DNA of 64,000 nucleotides from the human T2T-CHM13v2.0 reference genome, Homo sapiens, in the NCBI RefSeq assembly GCF_009914755.1, contig NC_060934.1. One strand, given 5' to 3'. A model generated the notes under the pieces. That model was not told where the DNA came from and made no database searches. It saw only the letters and a list, made by a program, of their open reading frames with translations. Within the stretch, counting starts at the first letter, position 1; the number at the start of each line of letters is the position of its first letter. Shown piece after piece: positions 1-12,288 of the stretch. The position numbers were made by a program, and so were the translations under genes.

Positions 1-304
1 TGGTCGGGCATGGCAGCTCATGCCTGTAATCCCAGCACTTTGGGAGGCCGAGGCGGGTGGATCATTTGAGGCCAGGAGTTATGAGACCAGCCTGGCCAAC
101 ATGGTGAAACTCCACCTCTACTAAAAATACAAAAAAATTAGCCGAGCATCATGGCGGGCACTTGTAATCCCAGCTACTTGGGAGACTGAGGCAAGGAAAT
201 TGCTTGAACCCGGAGGCGGAGGTTGCAGTGAGCCAAGACGGAGCCATTGCTCTTCTCTAGCCTGGGCAACAAGAACGAAACTTCATCTGGAAAAAAAAAA
301 AAAA
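1..304 (+). mobile_element. AluS
   Basis: Dimeric Alu with A-tail. Confidence 0.95.
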
Positions 305-858
305 GAATACTTTTATTTTTCTTTTGGAGAAACTGTAGTTTCCCATCAAAAAGTAGTTTTATTATCAGAATAGAGTTTAGTATCTGGTACCAGAAATGTT
401 TGCTTTTATTTGGTAGCCATTTTGTCAAAATTTTCCTAAAGTCATAATTACTAAAATATTTTTATAAATTAGGTCTAAATTTTCTTAAGTTTGTAATATA
501 GTTATTTTGTATATGAATATGTTGATGCATATTACTCTTTCTTTCCTTCATTTACTTGAACATAAACAGATGTATCCTTTAGTAGTAAATTGGCAGATGG
601 ATGAGTGGAAATACGTTTTGGAAGAGAATTGAGGTTTTTTTTTTTAACAGTGTAATCGAACATATTACCAAAGTCTGAAATGATAAGATTTTTTTTGTAA
701 GCTATAACTGTTACAATTTAATTAGAAAAAGAGAAAAATTGGCAAGTAATTTTTTAAATTCTGGAGCAGTATGAGGAAGGAAAGTATTTTTATTTATAAT
801 GTAAATAATTATTGTATTTATTTTTAATTAAACAAGCCAAGTGACACTTGTAGCAGGA

Positions 859-1170
859 TTTTATTTATTTATTTATTTATTTTTTAGAGATGTGGTTTTG
901 CCTTGTTGCCTAGGCTGGAGTGCAGTGGCATGATCATAGCTCATTGCAGCCTCAAACTCCTGGGCTCAAGCAATCCTCCCACCTCAGCTTCCTGAGTCCC
1001 TAGGACTATAAGTGTGCACCACTACCCCCAGCTAATTTTTAAAATTATTTTGTAGAGATGGGATCTGGCTGTGTTGCCCAGGCTGACCTCAAACTCCTGG
1101 CATCAAGCAATCCTCCCACCTTGGCCTCTGAAAGAGCTGGGATTTCAGCTTTGAGCTACTGCACCCAACC
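859..1170 (-). mobile_element. AluJ
   Basis: (TTTA)n tail, J-type sequence, TSD-like GCARGATTTTA on both sides. Confidence 0.9.
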
Positions 1171-1736
1171 TGCAGCAAGATTTTAAATGCAGTATCCTGC
1201 TTAGATATTCCATTTCTAAAATTGGACCAGTCAGGGGACTTTTCAACTATAGAAAACAATTCTAATTGATTTCAGCCCTTAGAATGTAATGGTTTACAAA
1301 TTAATTCCTCTTAGCGAATATGGTCTACATTTATAAGTGTCTTTTACGAAATTAATTCCATATTTGGCTTTTAAAGGCTTCGATTAAATAGACAATTATA
1401 GTATGTTGATATTTATTTTTATAAAGATATTTTTCTACTTAAAAAATGTTTTTAGTTGCATAGATTTCTTTTTATATAATGAGTTAGCCTTATTTCTTAA
1501 CTGCATTTTGAACTATTAAGGTGTAAAAAGTAGGTCCTATTTTACTATCAAAAGGCAACTTAAATGCCAATTTCTTTCTCAAAATACCAGGTGTTGTTTA
1601 GAACAAAAATTATCATAGATGCCTCAGAAAGTTCTCAAAACAAAATTATTATTTATATTTATTTAAAAATCAATAACATTAGTTTTGAAGAATTAATTAA
1701 AATGTAAATTTTAAACTTTGCAAAAAATATTGGTAA

Positions 1737-1961
<225 letters not shown>

Positions 1962-3246
1962 TAGTTGTTGTCTGATATATATTTTAAAATAATTATCTTT
2001 TATTTACCCTGCAAATTATTTATCTCTCTCAAAGCATATGTTAGATTCACTATTGTGAAAATAGAACAGAAATCATTATCTTTCTATGGGCAACATAATT
2101 TGTATTATTTATCTTCAGGTCTACCTATTTTTGGATACATTATGCATAGGTGCTTGCCAACCAAGCGCAGAATTCTATATTAAATCAGTTTCCAAATATA
2201 TTTTAAAATAATTCTACAAACTTACATCTTACATTTGTAGGCAACTTGCATTGTGCAGAAAAATATTAGTAGTATAAATATTCACTGCAAATAGTTTGAG
2301 CTGAATTGCTTAAAAAACTTAATTGCTATTTATTCCATAGTAATTACCATGACACCTCTTAATTTAATATTTCAGAAACATTGATCGTGACAAATCTCTT
2401 AAATCTGGGAACAAGGGCAGGGTGTAATTTGAATTATTAAGTCTTCTGACACAAAAATAATTGGTTAAGAATTTATTTCTAAAATAGGATGGTACTAAAA
2501 ATTCTGAATTAATCACCCCATGATTACCTTGTTTTTATTTAATATGTGTTAAATGTGGCTTTACACAAATAAGTAGATACCTATGAAAAAAGCATCTCGT
2601 ATGCATGTAATATATGGTTTTGGTATAACAGCTGCTGCCATTTCATTACCTGAGCTCTGTGAAATAGCTGGTAAGATGTGTAAAAAATTGATTACCCTAC
2701 TAGGAGGAACATGTTTATTGAAAATATAATTATTTCTTTCAGTCTAATGTTAATGTCTCCTACAGCATGTTTGTGTGCACTGTTCTAGGCTTTACAACAT
2801 TGTTATTGATTCCTCTGTATACCAAATCCTATCCCTTTATAACTGTCAAATAAATGCTTACATTGAGAAGATTATATAATGGAAAGTTATGCTATCTTTT
2901 CTGCCAGTATGTGAGAAAAACATTTCAAGAATTAAATATTTTACCCCTTTATTATTTCCATTTCATTTTATTTCTCAAATTGGTCTCATGTTCTTTCCAT
3001 TTTTCAAATCTTGATACTGTATTTCTTGTAGTGTGATTCTTTAGAGGGGATTTATGTACTATTTCAAACCATCTTACACTTGAAAGTCTGATTTTCAAAA
3101 AGCACCATGTTTAGAATTTGGCATAATTTATATATACTTGTTGACTATGAAATAAGACAGTGTATTCTGATGAAAAAGTATATTTAACTTGACAATTACA
3201 GTCTTCTATGTTTCAATATATAGTTGTTCAATCCTGAATTGTGAGC

Positions 3247-3418
3247 CAACTTGCAAACAACTCATAGTTGTAATGATTATACAGTATAACATGTCTAGCC
3301 AACTTTGGGTGAATGGAACTTTTATGAAAGTGTAGATTCAACTTGCAGACAACTCATAGTTTTAGCATTTATGCACTATATTGTATCTAGCCATATTTGG
3401 GTGAATGGAGTTTTATAG
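3247..3418 (+). repeat. Diverged 2-copy tandem duplication, period 92 bp
   Basis: CAACTTGCA.ACAACTCATAGTT..TCTAGCCA..TTTGGGTGAATGGA starting at 3247 and 3339. Confidence 0.9.
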
Positions 3419-4585
3419 TAGTATTAAATATTTATACTTACGTGCAATTTTGTACAGCATAAAGTGATCAGCTTTTGGTGAAATTAATAAGGCAAATGAT
3501 ATTATTTTTGAGATTTGGGTGGTGTATTCAGCCAGAAGAAATAACAAAATGGATTTCAGTTGTTATCTGTGATACAAGTGTTAGCTTGTAGCTTCTGTTT
3601 CAGCAGTTTCATAAAAAGAATGATCTCTTACATTGCCAGGTAAATCTGTACTCTTCTCCTAGCTTGGCTTATTCCAAAATAGTTCTGAAAATAGTAGACT
3701 CATATTGGATACCTGGGACGCTGTATATTCTTAGTGAACATTCAACAAATATTTACTTGGTGAATAACTAAGAGCATAATTCGTATTTATTGAAATCTGT
3801 AAACTTCCTTTTGAAATACAATGTTATTTCCACAAAGACACTGCAGGTTTTGCAAATCTGTAATTCCCTTTGATTTCAGAGCATTCCGAAATGATGTGTA
3901 GTCTAGTCTAGTTTTTTCTTAGCATATGGTCAAACCATAAATTAAGTGGGCTGCCCCATACTTTCTGGTTCTATGAGGTCAACAGTCTCATTACATTATC
4001 ATCATAAACTAATGAGGTTTAAGAAATTAAAGTTCTGGGGGCTCTTTAATTCTAAAATGTTTTTGATCTAAGGAAGCAACGCAGTTTATCTATTCAACAA
4101 ATATCCGTAACTAAAACATCTGTCTGCATCACATAAGCTAAACCAGATCTACATACTCAGCTCTGCTTCTTCACACTATTCTCCAAACTAGCAGTGTTTC
4201 ATGAATATTAAGAAAATTCCAAACCTTCTTCTTCATTTTCTTCACCATATAATTTACTGAGTAAGTTCACACTGGAAACCTTCCTGACTGAAAAGCTAAA
4301 ATTGAATATGGATACACCAGCATCCTCTTTTGGTTTAAATACAGTGCCAAGATCTTTTAAAATTTATTTTTTACCTTTCATAATAAATGTCTCATTTTAT
4401 GCCACGTAAACTCAGTTTTTCCATGTTTAAACCAGCTTCTCAGATTCTTTGTTAGCAGGTAATTAGGGACTACTGGCTATGGTGACTAGGTAATTATGTT
4501 TTTGAAAACATAAGTCTCAGGTTCTCTTCACCTTAGAATCAGATTGGGATATATCTGTTTTTTCTCACTTAAGAAATAATATTTC

Positions 4586-4682
4586 CTGGCATAGTGGTTT
4601 ATGCCTGTAGTCCCAGTGCTTTGGGAGGCCAAAGCCAGTGGATTGCTTTTGGTCAGGAGATCGAGTCCAGCTTGGGCAACAA
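4586..4682 (+). mobile_element. Truncated Alu left arm, fused directly to the L1 ORF2 break
   Basis: ..GCCTGTAGTCCCAGTGCTTTGGGAGGCC..CAGCTTGGGCAACAA then L1 sequence. Confidence 0.85.
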
Positions 4683-7192
4683 GTAGGTCTCTAAGGACTT
4701 GCTTTATGAATCTGGGTGCTCCTGTATTGGGTGCTTTATGAATCTGGGTGCTCCTGTATTGGGTGCATATATATTTAGGATAGTTAGCTCTTCTTGTTGC
4801 ATTGATCCCTTTACCATTATGTAATGGCCTTCTTTATCTCTTTTGATCTTTGTTGGTTTAAAGTCTGTTTTATCAGAGACTAGGATTGCAACCCCTGCTT
4901 TTTTTTTTTGTTTTCCATTTGCTTGGTAGATCTTCCTCCATCCCTTTATTTTGAGCCTATGTGTGTCTCTGCATGTGAGATGGGTCTCCTGAATACAGTA
5001 CACTGATGGATCTTGACTCTATCCAATTTGCCAGTCTGTGTCTTTTAATTGGGGCGTTTAGCCCATTTACATTTAAGGTTAATATTGTTATGTGTGAAGT
5101 TGATCCTGTCATTATGATGTTAGCTGGTTATTTTGCTCGTTAGTTGATGCAGTTTCTTCCTAGCCTTGATGGTCTTTACAATGTAGCATGTTTTTGCAGT
5201 GGCTGGTACCCGTTGTTCTTTCCATGTTTAGTGCTTCCTTCAGGAGCTCTTGTAAGGCAGGCCTGGTGGTGACAAAATCTCTCAGCATTTGCTTGTCTGT
5301 AAAGGATTTTATTTCTCCTTCACTTATGAAGCTTAGTTTGGCTCGATATGAATTTCTGGGTTGAAAATTCTATTCTTTAAGAATGTTGAATATTGGCCCC
5401 CACTCTCTTTTGGCTTGTAGAGTGTCTGCAGAGAGATCTGCTGTTATTCTGATGGGCTTCCCTTTGTGAGTAACCCAACCTTTCTCTCTGGCTGCCCTTA
5501 ACATTTTTTCCTTCATTTCAACTTTGGTGAATCTGACAATTATGTGTCTTGGTGTTGCTCTTCTCGAGGAGTATCTTTGTGGTGTTCTCTGTATTTCCCA
5601 AATTTGAATGTTGGCCTGCCTTGCTAGGTTGGGGACATTCTCCTGAATAATATCCTGCAGAGTGTTTTCCAACTTGGTTCCATTCTCCCTGTCACTTTCA
5701 GATATACCAATCAGATGTAGATTTGGTCTTTTCACATAGTCCCATATTTCTTGGAGGCTTTGTGCGTTTCTTTTTACTCTTTTTTTTTCTCTAAACTACT
5801 CTTCTTGCTTCATTTCATTCATTTGATCTTCAATCACTGATACCCTTTCTTCCACTTGATCGAATCAGCTACTGAAGCTTGTGCATGTGTCACGTATTTC
5901 TCGTGCCATGGTTTTCAGCTCCATCAGGTCATTTAAGGTCTTATCCATGCTGTTTATTCTAGTTAGCCTGTCGTCTAATCTTTTTTGAAGGTTTTTAGCT
6001 TCTTTGAGATGGGTTCGAACATCCTCCTTTAGCTCGGAGAAGTTTGTTATTACCTATCTTTTGAAGCCTTCTTCTCTCAACTCGTCAAAGTCATTCTCCA
6101 TCCAGCTGTGTTCTATTGCTGGCGAGGAGCTGTGTTCCTTTGGAGGAGAAGAGACGCTCTGATTTTTAGAATTGTCAGCTTTTCTCCTCTGGTTTCTCCC
6201 CATCTTTGTGGTTTTATCTACTTTGGTCTTTGATGATGGTGACCTACAGATAGGGTTTTGGTGTGGATGTCCTTTCTGTTTGTTACTTTTCCTTCTAATA
6301 GTCAGGATCCTCAGCTGCAGGTCTGTTGGAGTTTGCTGGAGGTCCACTCCAGACCCTGTTTGCCTGGCTATCACCAGCAGAGGCTGCCAAATATTGCAGA
6401 ACAGCAAATGTTGCTGCCTGATCCGTCCTCTGGAAGCTTTGTCTCAGAGGGGCGCCCAGTTGTATGAGGTGTCTGTTGGCCCCTACTGGGAGGTATCTCC
6501 CAGTTAGGTTACTCAGGGATCAGGGACCCACTTGAGGAGGCAGTCTGTCCATTCTCAGATCTCAAACTTTGTGCTGGGAGAACCACTACTCTCTCCAAAG
6601 CTGTCAGACAGGGACATTTAAATCTATAGAAGTTTCTATTGCCTTTTATTCAGCTATGCCCTGCCCCCAGAGATGGAGTCTACAGAGGCAGGCAGGCCTC
6701 CTTGAGCTGCTGTGGGCTCTACCTAGTTCAAGCTTCCTGGCCGCTTTGTTTACCTACTCAAGCCTCAGCAATGGCGGGCACCCCTCCCCCAGCCTCACTG
6801 CTTCCCTGCAGTTGATCTGATAGCGGACTGCTGTGCTAGCAGTGAGCAAGGTTCCATGGGCATGGGACCCTCCGAGCCAGGCGTGGGATATAATCTCCTG
6901 GTGTGCCGTTTGCTAAGGCCATTGGAAAAGCGCAGTATTAGGGTGAGAGTGTCCTGATTTTCCAGGTACCGTCTGTCATGGCTTCCCTTGGCTAGGAAAT
7001 GGAATTCCCCAACCCCTTGCGCTTCCCAGGTGAAGCGATGCCCCGCCCTGCTTTGGCTCACACTCTGTGGGCTGCATCCACTGTCCGACAAGCCCCAGTG
7101 AGATGAACCTGGTACCTCAGTTGGAAATGCAGAAATCACCCGTGTTCTGCATCACTCACGCTGGGAGCTGTAGAATGGAGCTGTTCCTATTC
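4683..7192 (-). mobile_element. L1PA (PA5/PA6-like) 5' part: 5'UTR, disrupted ORF1 (about 6203-5176), start of ORF2 (ATG 5112); 3'-truncated
   Basis: ORF1 peptides (MGRNQRRK.., MKRPNLHLIGI..RRATPRHIIVRFTKVEMKEKMLRAAREK) and ORF2 endonuclease peptide (CIQETHLTCRDTHRLKIKGWRKIYQANG..NIYAPNTGAPRFIK). L1 5'UTR start GAATAGGAACAGCTCC on the minus strand at about 7192. Confidence 0.95.
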
Positions 7193-7193
7193 C

Positions 7194-7502
7194 TTTTTTT
7201 GTTTTGTTTTGTTTTGTTTTGAGATGGAGTCTTGCTGTGTCATCCAGGCTGGAGTGCAGTGGCACAATCTCTGCCCACTGCAACCTCCGCCTCCTGGGTT
7301 CACACCATTCTCCTTGCCTTAGCCTCCCAAGTAGCTGGGACTGCACGTGCCTGCCACCATGCCCGGCTAATTTTTTGTATTTTTAGTAGAGACGGGGTTT
7401 CACCATGTTAGCCAGGATGGTCTCGATCTCCTGACCTCATGATCCACACGCTTTGGCCTCCCAAAGTTCTGGGATTACAGGCATGAGCCACCACACCCAG
7501 CC
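7194..7502 (-). mobile_element. Alu (Y/Sc-like) abutting the L1 5' end
   Basis: (TTTTG)n tail and full dimer. Confidence 0.92.
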
Positions 7503-8563
7503 TAATTGTTTTTTTTTTTTTAATCAGCTTTGTTAATATATGTCTCACAACTTACAATACATACATTTTACTTCTACATATATATTATAAACATCGTAAC
7601 CTTGCTGCTATTTTTGTTTAAATTGTCAAATATATATTTTAAAAGACTTAATAAGAAAAAATTCATATTTTTACTCAGGTATTTATCATTTCTAGTTCTC
7701 TTTATTCCTTTTGGTTAGAATTAGATTTCCATCTGGTATCATTTTCCTTCTGCCTAGAGGGCATTCTTTAACATCTCTTGTATTTGGATCTGTCAGTAAT
7801 AAATTCTTTCAGCTTTTGTATGTTTGAAAACATCTTTATTTCACCTTCATTTTTGAAAGACATTTGTGCCAGATATATAGTTCTAGTTTGACAGTTTTTC
7901 AGTACATGAAAAATGTTACCCCATTGCCATCTTACTTGCATAGTTCTTGATAAGAAATCTGACATTCTTTTGTTCTTCAATGTTTCACAACCCCCATTCC
8001 CCAAATTTTGCTGCTTTTAAGATTTTTCATATGAGACCAGGTGCGGTGGCTCACACCTGTAATCCCAGTGCTTTGGGAGGTCAAGATGGGAGGATGGCTT
8101 TTGAGGCATGGAGATCAAGATTAGCCTAGGCAACATAGTGAGACCCCATCCTTACAAAAAATACACACAGAGAAAATTACTCATTTTGATCAGTTTAGTT
8201 ATGATGGGCCTTAGTGTATTCTTCTTCATGTTTCTTGTGCGTGGGTTTTGTTTAACTTCTTAGAGCTATCGGTTTTTAGTTTTTATTATGTTTGGAATAT
8301 TTGCAGCCATTATACATCTTCAAATTGGTTTTCTGACCCTTTTATGCCACTTGAAGTTGTCTCATAGCTCACTGACACTCTTTTTTTATTTTGTCTCTTT
8401 CTCTATGTTTTATTTTGGATACCTCCTTTGCTGTGCCTTCCATTTCACTAATATTTTCTTCTGTAATACCTGAACTGTTATTAATCTCATCAAATAAATA
8501 AAGCTAAATATTTCTTACTACTGGGGGAAGACTTTTCTTAGTACTCCATGGCACAGAGCACTA

Positions 8564-9103
8564 AGGGGTCCCTAATCTCTGGTACTGCAACTATATCAGT
8601 TCCTGTTAGGAACCAGGCCACACAGCAGGAGGTGAGTAGCAGGCCACCAAGCATTACCACCTGAGCTCCACCTCCTGTCACATCAGCGGAGGATTCTTTT
8701 TTTTTTTTTTTCAAATGTGAAAAATCTAATTTTATTCAGTTTAGATTAATGTATAGCTATACACTCTGGACTCTTAATGAAACCTTTCCCATTCTTTTTT
8801 TTTAAATTTTATTATTATACTTTAAGTTTTAGGGTACACGTGCACAACATGCAGGTTTGTTACATATGTATACATGTGCCATGTTGGTGTGCTGCACCCA
8901 GCAGAGGATTCTTATAGGGGTGCAAATCCTATTTTGAACTGCACAAGCGAGGGATCTAGGTTGTATACGTCTTATGAGAATCTAACTAATGCCTGATGAT
9001 CTGAGGTGCAACAGTTTCATCCTGAAACCACGCCTCCTACCCGTCCGTGGAAAAATTGTCTTCCACAAAACTAGTCCCTGGTGCCAAAAACGTTGGAGAC
9101 TTT
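8564..9103. mobile_element. MER1B (hAT-Charlie), split by an L1 3'-transduction insertion
   Basis: AGGGGTCCC..CTGTTAGGAACC..CACAGCAGGAGGTGAG ... GTCCGTGGAAAAATTGTCTTCCACAAAACTAGTCCCTGGTGCCAAAAA matches the MER1 consensus. Confidence 0.85.
8699..8898 (-). mobile_element. 5'-truncated L1PA3/4-like 3' end (about 100 bp) plus about 83 bp of 3'-transduced sequence plus a second poly(A)
   Basis: TSD CAGCRGAGGATTCTT at 8684-8698 and 8899-8913. L1 3' end 8795-8898. Non-L1 segment 8712-8794 with minus-strand AATAAA at 8731-8736. Terminal T-run to 8711. Confidence 0.88.
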
Positions 9104-9834
9104 GATGAAAAAAATGATGAGTTTTTCTGCTCTAGGTCTTTGAAACAGCCACTATTTCCAAATGTGTATGTGCCTCAGGTACTGTTCCTTCTATTTTTTT
9201 TTCCTCTTAATACTTTTGGATGTTTCTTTCCCAGGTACTGAGCTTAAGAAAAGACCCTCTACAGAATTCCAGGTTTCTCTGTAAATCTTTCTGTTCTCTG
9301 ATATTGTGGTCTTTCAACTCTTAACTGCTCTGAAATTCCCAGACTCTCAGTTGTATTTCCTCAACTCACTGGAATCTACTACAGTTCTCCTTATACCATA
9401 TTCTGGAAACTCTTGCAATAAACTGCTGTAGTCATATGGCTGACCTCCATTGTTTCCCATCTCTCAGAGATACGTATTTTTTATTCTTGATGTCCAGTGT
9501 ATTAAAAACCATTGTTTCTAGTTTTGCTATTGTTGTTTCATGATAGGGAGTAAATCTAGTTTCTGTTCCTCTACTGTCTTCTGCTTTGCATTGTTTTTGA
9601 AAGGAAGCCTGCTGCCATTCCTATCATTGTTCCCTCTTACCTAATATGTCTTTTAACCTCCTTTATCTGCTTTTAAGATGTTTATCACTGATTTTAAACA
9701 ATTTTATTATGATGTACCTTGGCATAGTTTTATATTTTGTGTGGTTGGGGTTTTTTATAGTTTCATTCACTTTGGAAATTATTTTACAATAAATTTTCTC
9801 TTTCCACCTCCATCTACCTTTGGGACTCCGATTA

Positions 9835-9835
9835 A

Positions 9836-9867
<32 letters not shown>

Positions 9868-9892
9868 GAAGAAGAAGAAGAAGAAGAAGAAG
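9835..9892 (+). repeat. Compound microsatellite (TAA)~10(GAA)~8
   Basis: Directly visible. Confidence 0.95.
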
Positions 9893-9999
9893 CCACTTGT
9901 AGTTGACCCATGTCTCAGTGATTCTGTTTTCAATATTTTTGTTTTTCTATCTGTTCTTCATTTTGAATAATTACTCTCTCCCCTATTTTGTCTTTTCTT

Positions 10000-10584
10000 T
10001 TTTATTTTTATTTTTATTTTTATTTTTTGAGATGGAGTCTTGCTCTGTCACCCAGGCTGGAGTGCAGTGGTGCAATCTTGGCTCACTGCAACCCCCGCCT
10101 CCTGGGTTCAAGTGATTCTCCTGCCTCAGCCTCCTGAGTAGCTGGGACTACAGGCACACCTCACCACACCCGGCTGATTTTTGTATTTTTAGTAGAGGTG
10201 GGTTTTCACCATATTGTTTCGGCTGGTCCTGAACTCCTGACCTCATGATCTGCTTGCCTCGGCCTCCCAAAGTGCTGGGATTACAGGCGTGGGCCACTGT
10301 GCCTGGCCTCTTTCTTTTTTTTTTTTTTTTCAGACAAGTTCTCGTTCCGTCGCCCAAGCTGGAGTGCAGTGGCACAATATTGGGTCAATGCAACCCCCAC
10401 CTCAGCCTCCCAAGTAACTGGAACTGCAGGAGTGCACCACCATGCCTGGCTAGTTTTTGTATTTTCTCTAGAGACAGGTTTTGCTGTGTTGCTCAGGCTG
10501 GTCTCAAACTCCTGAACTCAACTTATCTGCCTGTCTCGACCTCCCAAATTGCTGGGATTGCAGGCATGAGCCGCCATGTCCAGC
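10000..10584 (-). mobile_element. Two tandem Alus (AluS about 10000-10308; AluJ about 10311-10584)
   Basis: Two antisense dimers, each with a T-tail. Confidence 0.9.
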
Positions 10585-11316
10585 ATTGAATAATTTCTAT
10601 TACTCTGAAGTTTACTAATTATTTCATCTACAATGTTTAATCTGCCATTAATCTCATCCAGTTGACATTTTATCTCTGACATTATAGTTTTCATCTCTTG
10701 AACTTTGATTTGGACCTCTTTTACTCATGCCATATCTCTACATAGTATGCTTATGTTGTCATGTGCTTTTGGAATGTTGTTATAACAATTGTTTTAATAT
10801 TCATGTCTACTAATTCTGTCACTTTTTTTTAATCTGATTACCTTGGTATTGGTTTTTCCTGATTACCTGGGTATTCATTGTTTCCTCATACATGTGTACT
10901 GAAGACTCCAAAGGAATCCCTTGCATATCTCGAGTTCTCACTTTCCACCTCTTTCTTCTCCAAGCAGCTCTGTCCTCTCCAGTACTCTGCCCCAGCATGT
11001 GGTAGCCAGCTTGGCCTCCCTGAATGGAAACTACTTGACTCTATTTAGGTTCTTCCTTCCCGCTCTGCAGCCTGGGAACTCTATTCAAGGTGTAAGTTTG
11101 AGTAATTGTAGCGCTTACCTTATTCTGCCCCTTCTTTGATTATTATCCAATGCCTGAAAATTGTGTTTTCATGTATTTTGTTCATTGTTAGTTGTTTAAG
11201 ATGGGAATATAAATCTGCTCCCTGGTCCTTCATAGTGGCTGGAAGTGCAAATCTCTAGGTTGATTTTGGTTTTTCCCTTTTTCAGGTAACTCGCTTTTTT
11301 TTTCAAGAATGCCTAA

Positions 11317-11622
<306 letters not shown>

Positions 11623-11866
11623 TGAATTTGAATTTGATAATAACTATGATTTATCTCTATGCGAATTCTGTATTGAGTTTTCCTCGAACAATGTATTCAT
11701 TTTAAACTGTAGATTTCATTCCCAGTTAACTTTCTTGTCCCCAAATATTGTTTCTCCTTTACTTGACCTATTGGAGTGTCAGAAAATGATCATAACCATC
11801 ACTGATAAATGTGTTATGGGGAATATTAGAGTAAAAGCAGAAATTCCAAGTTGTGGTGAGAAAGTA

Positions 11867-12288
11867 CAGTAGACCCTTGAACAATGTGAGGGTTCTGGGC
11901 ACTGACCCCTTCGAAAATCCACATACAATGTTTACCTCCTCAAAAACTTAACTACTAATAGTAGTTAATTGGAAGCCTTACTGATAACGTAAATAGTTGA
12001 TTAACACGTATTTTGTATATGTATTATATTCTGTATTCTTACAATAAATTAAGCTAAAGAAAAAATGCTATAATATCATATGGAATGAAAATATATTATT
12101 ATTCATTAAGTGGAAATGGATCATCATAAAGGTCTTTATCTTAGTCATCTTCATGTTGAGTGGGCTGAGGAGGGGAAGAAGAGGAGGAGTGGTTGGCCTT
12201 CATGTCTCAGAGGTTGGCAGAGGCAGAAGAAAATCTATGTATAGGTTGACCTGCACAGTTCAAATTCATATTGTTATAGTATCAGTTG
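11867..12288. mobile_element. Tigger2a/MER28 non-autonomous DNA transposon
   Basis: TA-flanked termini CAGTAGACCCTTGAACAA ... TTGTTATAGTATCAGTTG. Typical internal ATTCATTAAGTGGAAATGGATCATCATAAAGGTCT. Confidence 0.85.

Larger units (their letters stand above)
7560..11280 (-). mobile_element. Fragmented old L1M remnants hosting a FLAM (8035-8162), MER1B and Alus
   Basis: ORF1-like peptides WGNIFHVLKNCQTRTIYLAQMSFKNEGEIKMF (7768-8004) and MPRYIIIKLFK (9663-9911). Boundaries approximate. Confidence 0.6.

Noticed and set aside
3247-3418. CRISPR-like repeat-spacer pattern
   Set aside because: Only two units, the intervening sequences are themselves homologous, and the context is eukaryotic with no cas genes.
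6771-6815. Intact L1 ORF0
   Set aside because: A frameshift gives a stop after 14 codons.
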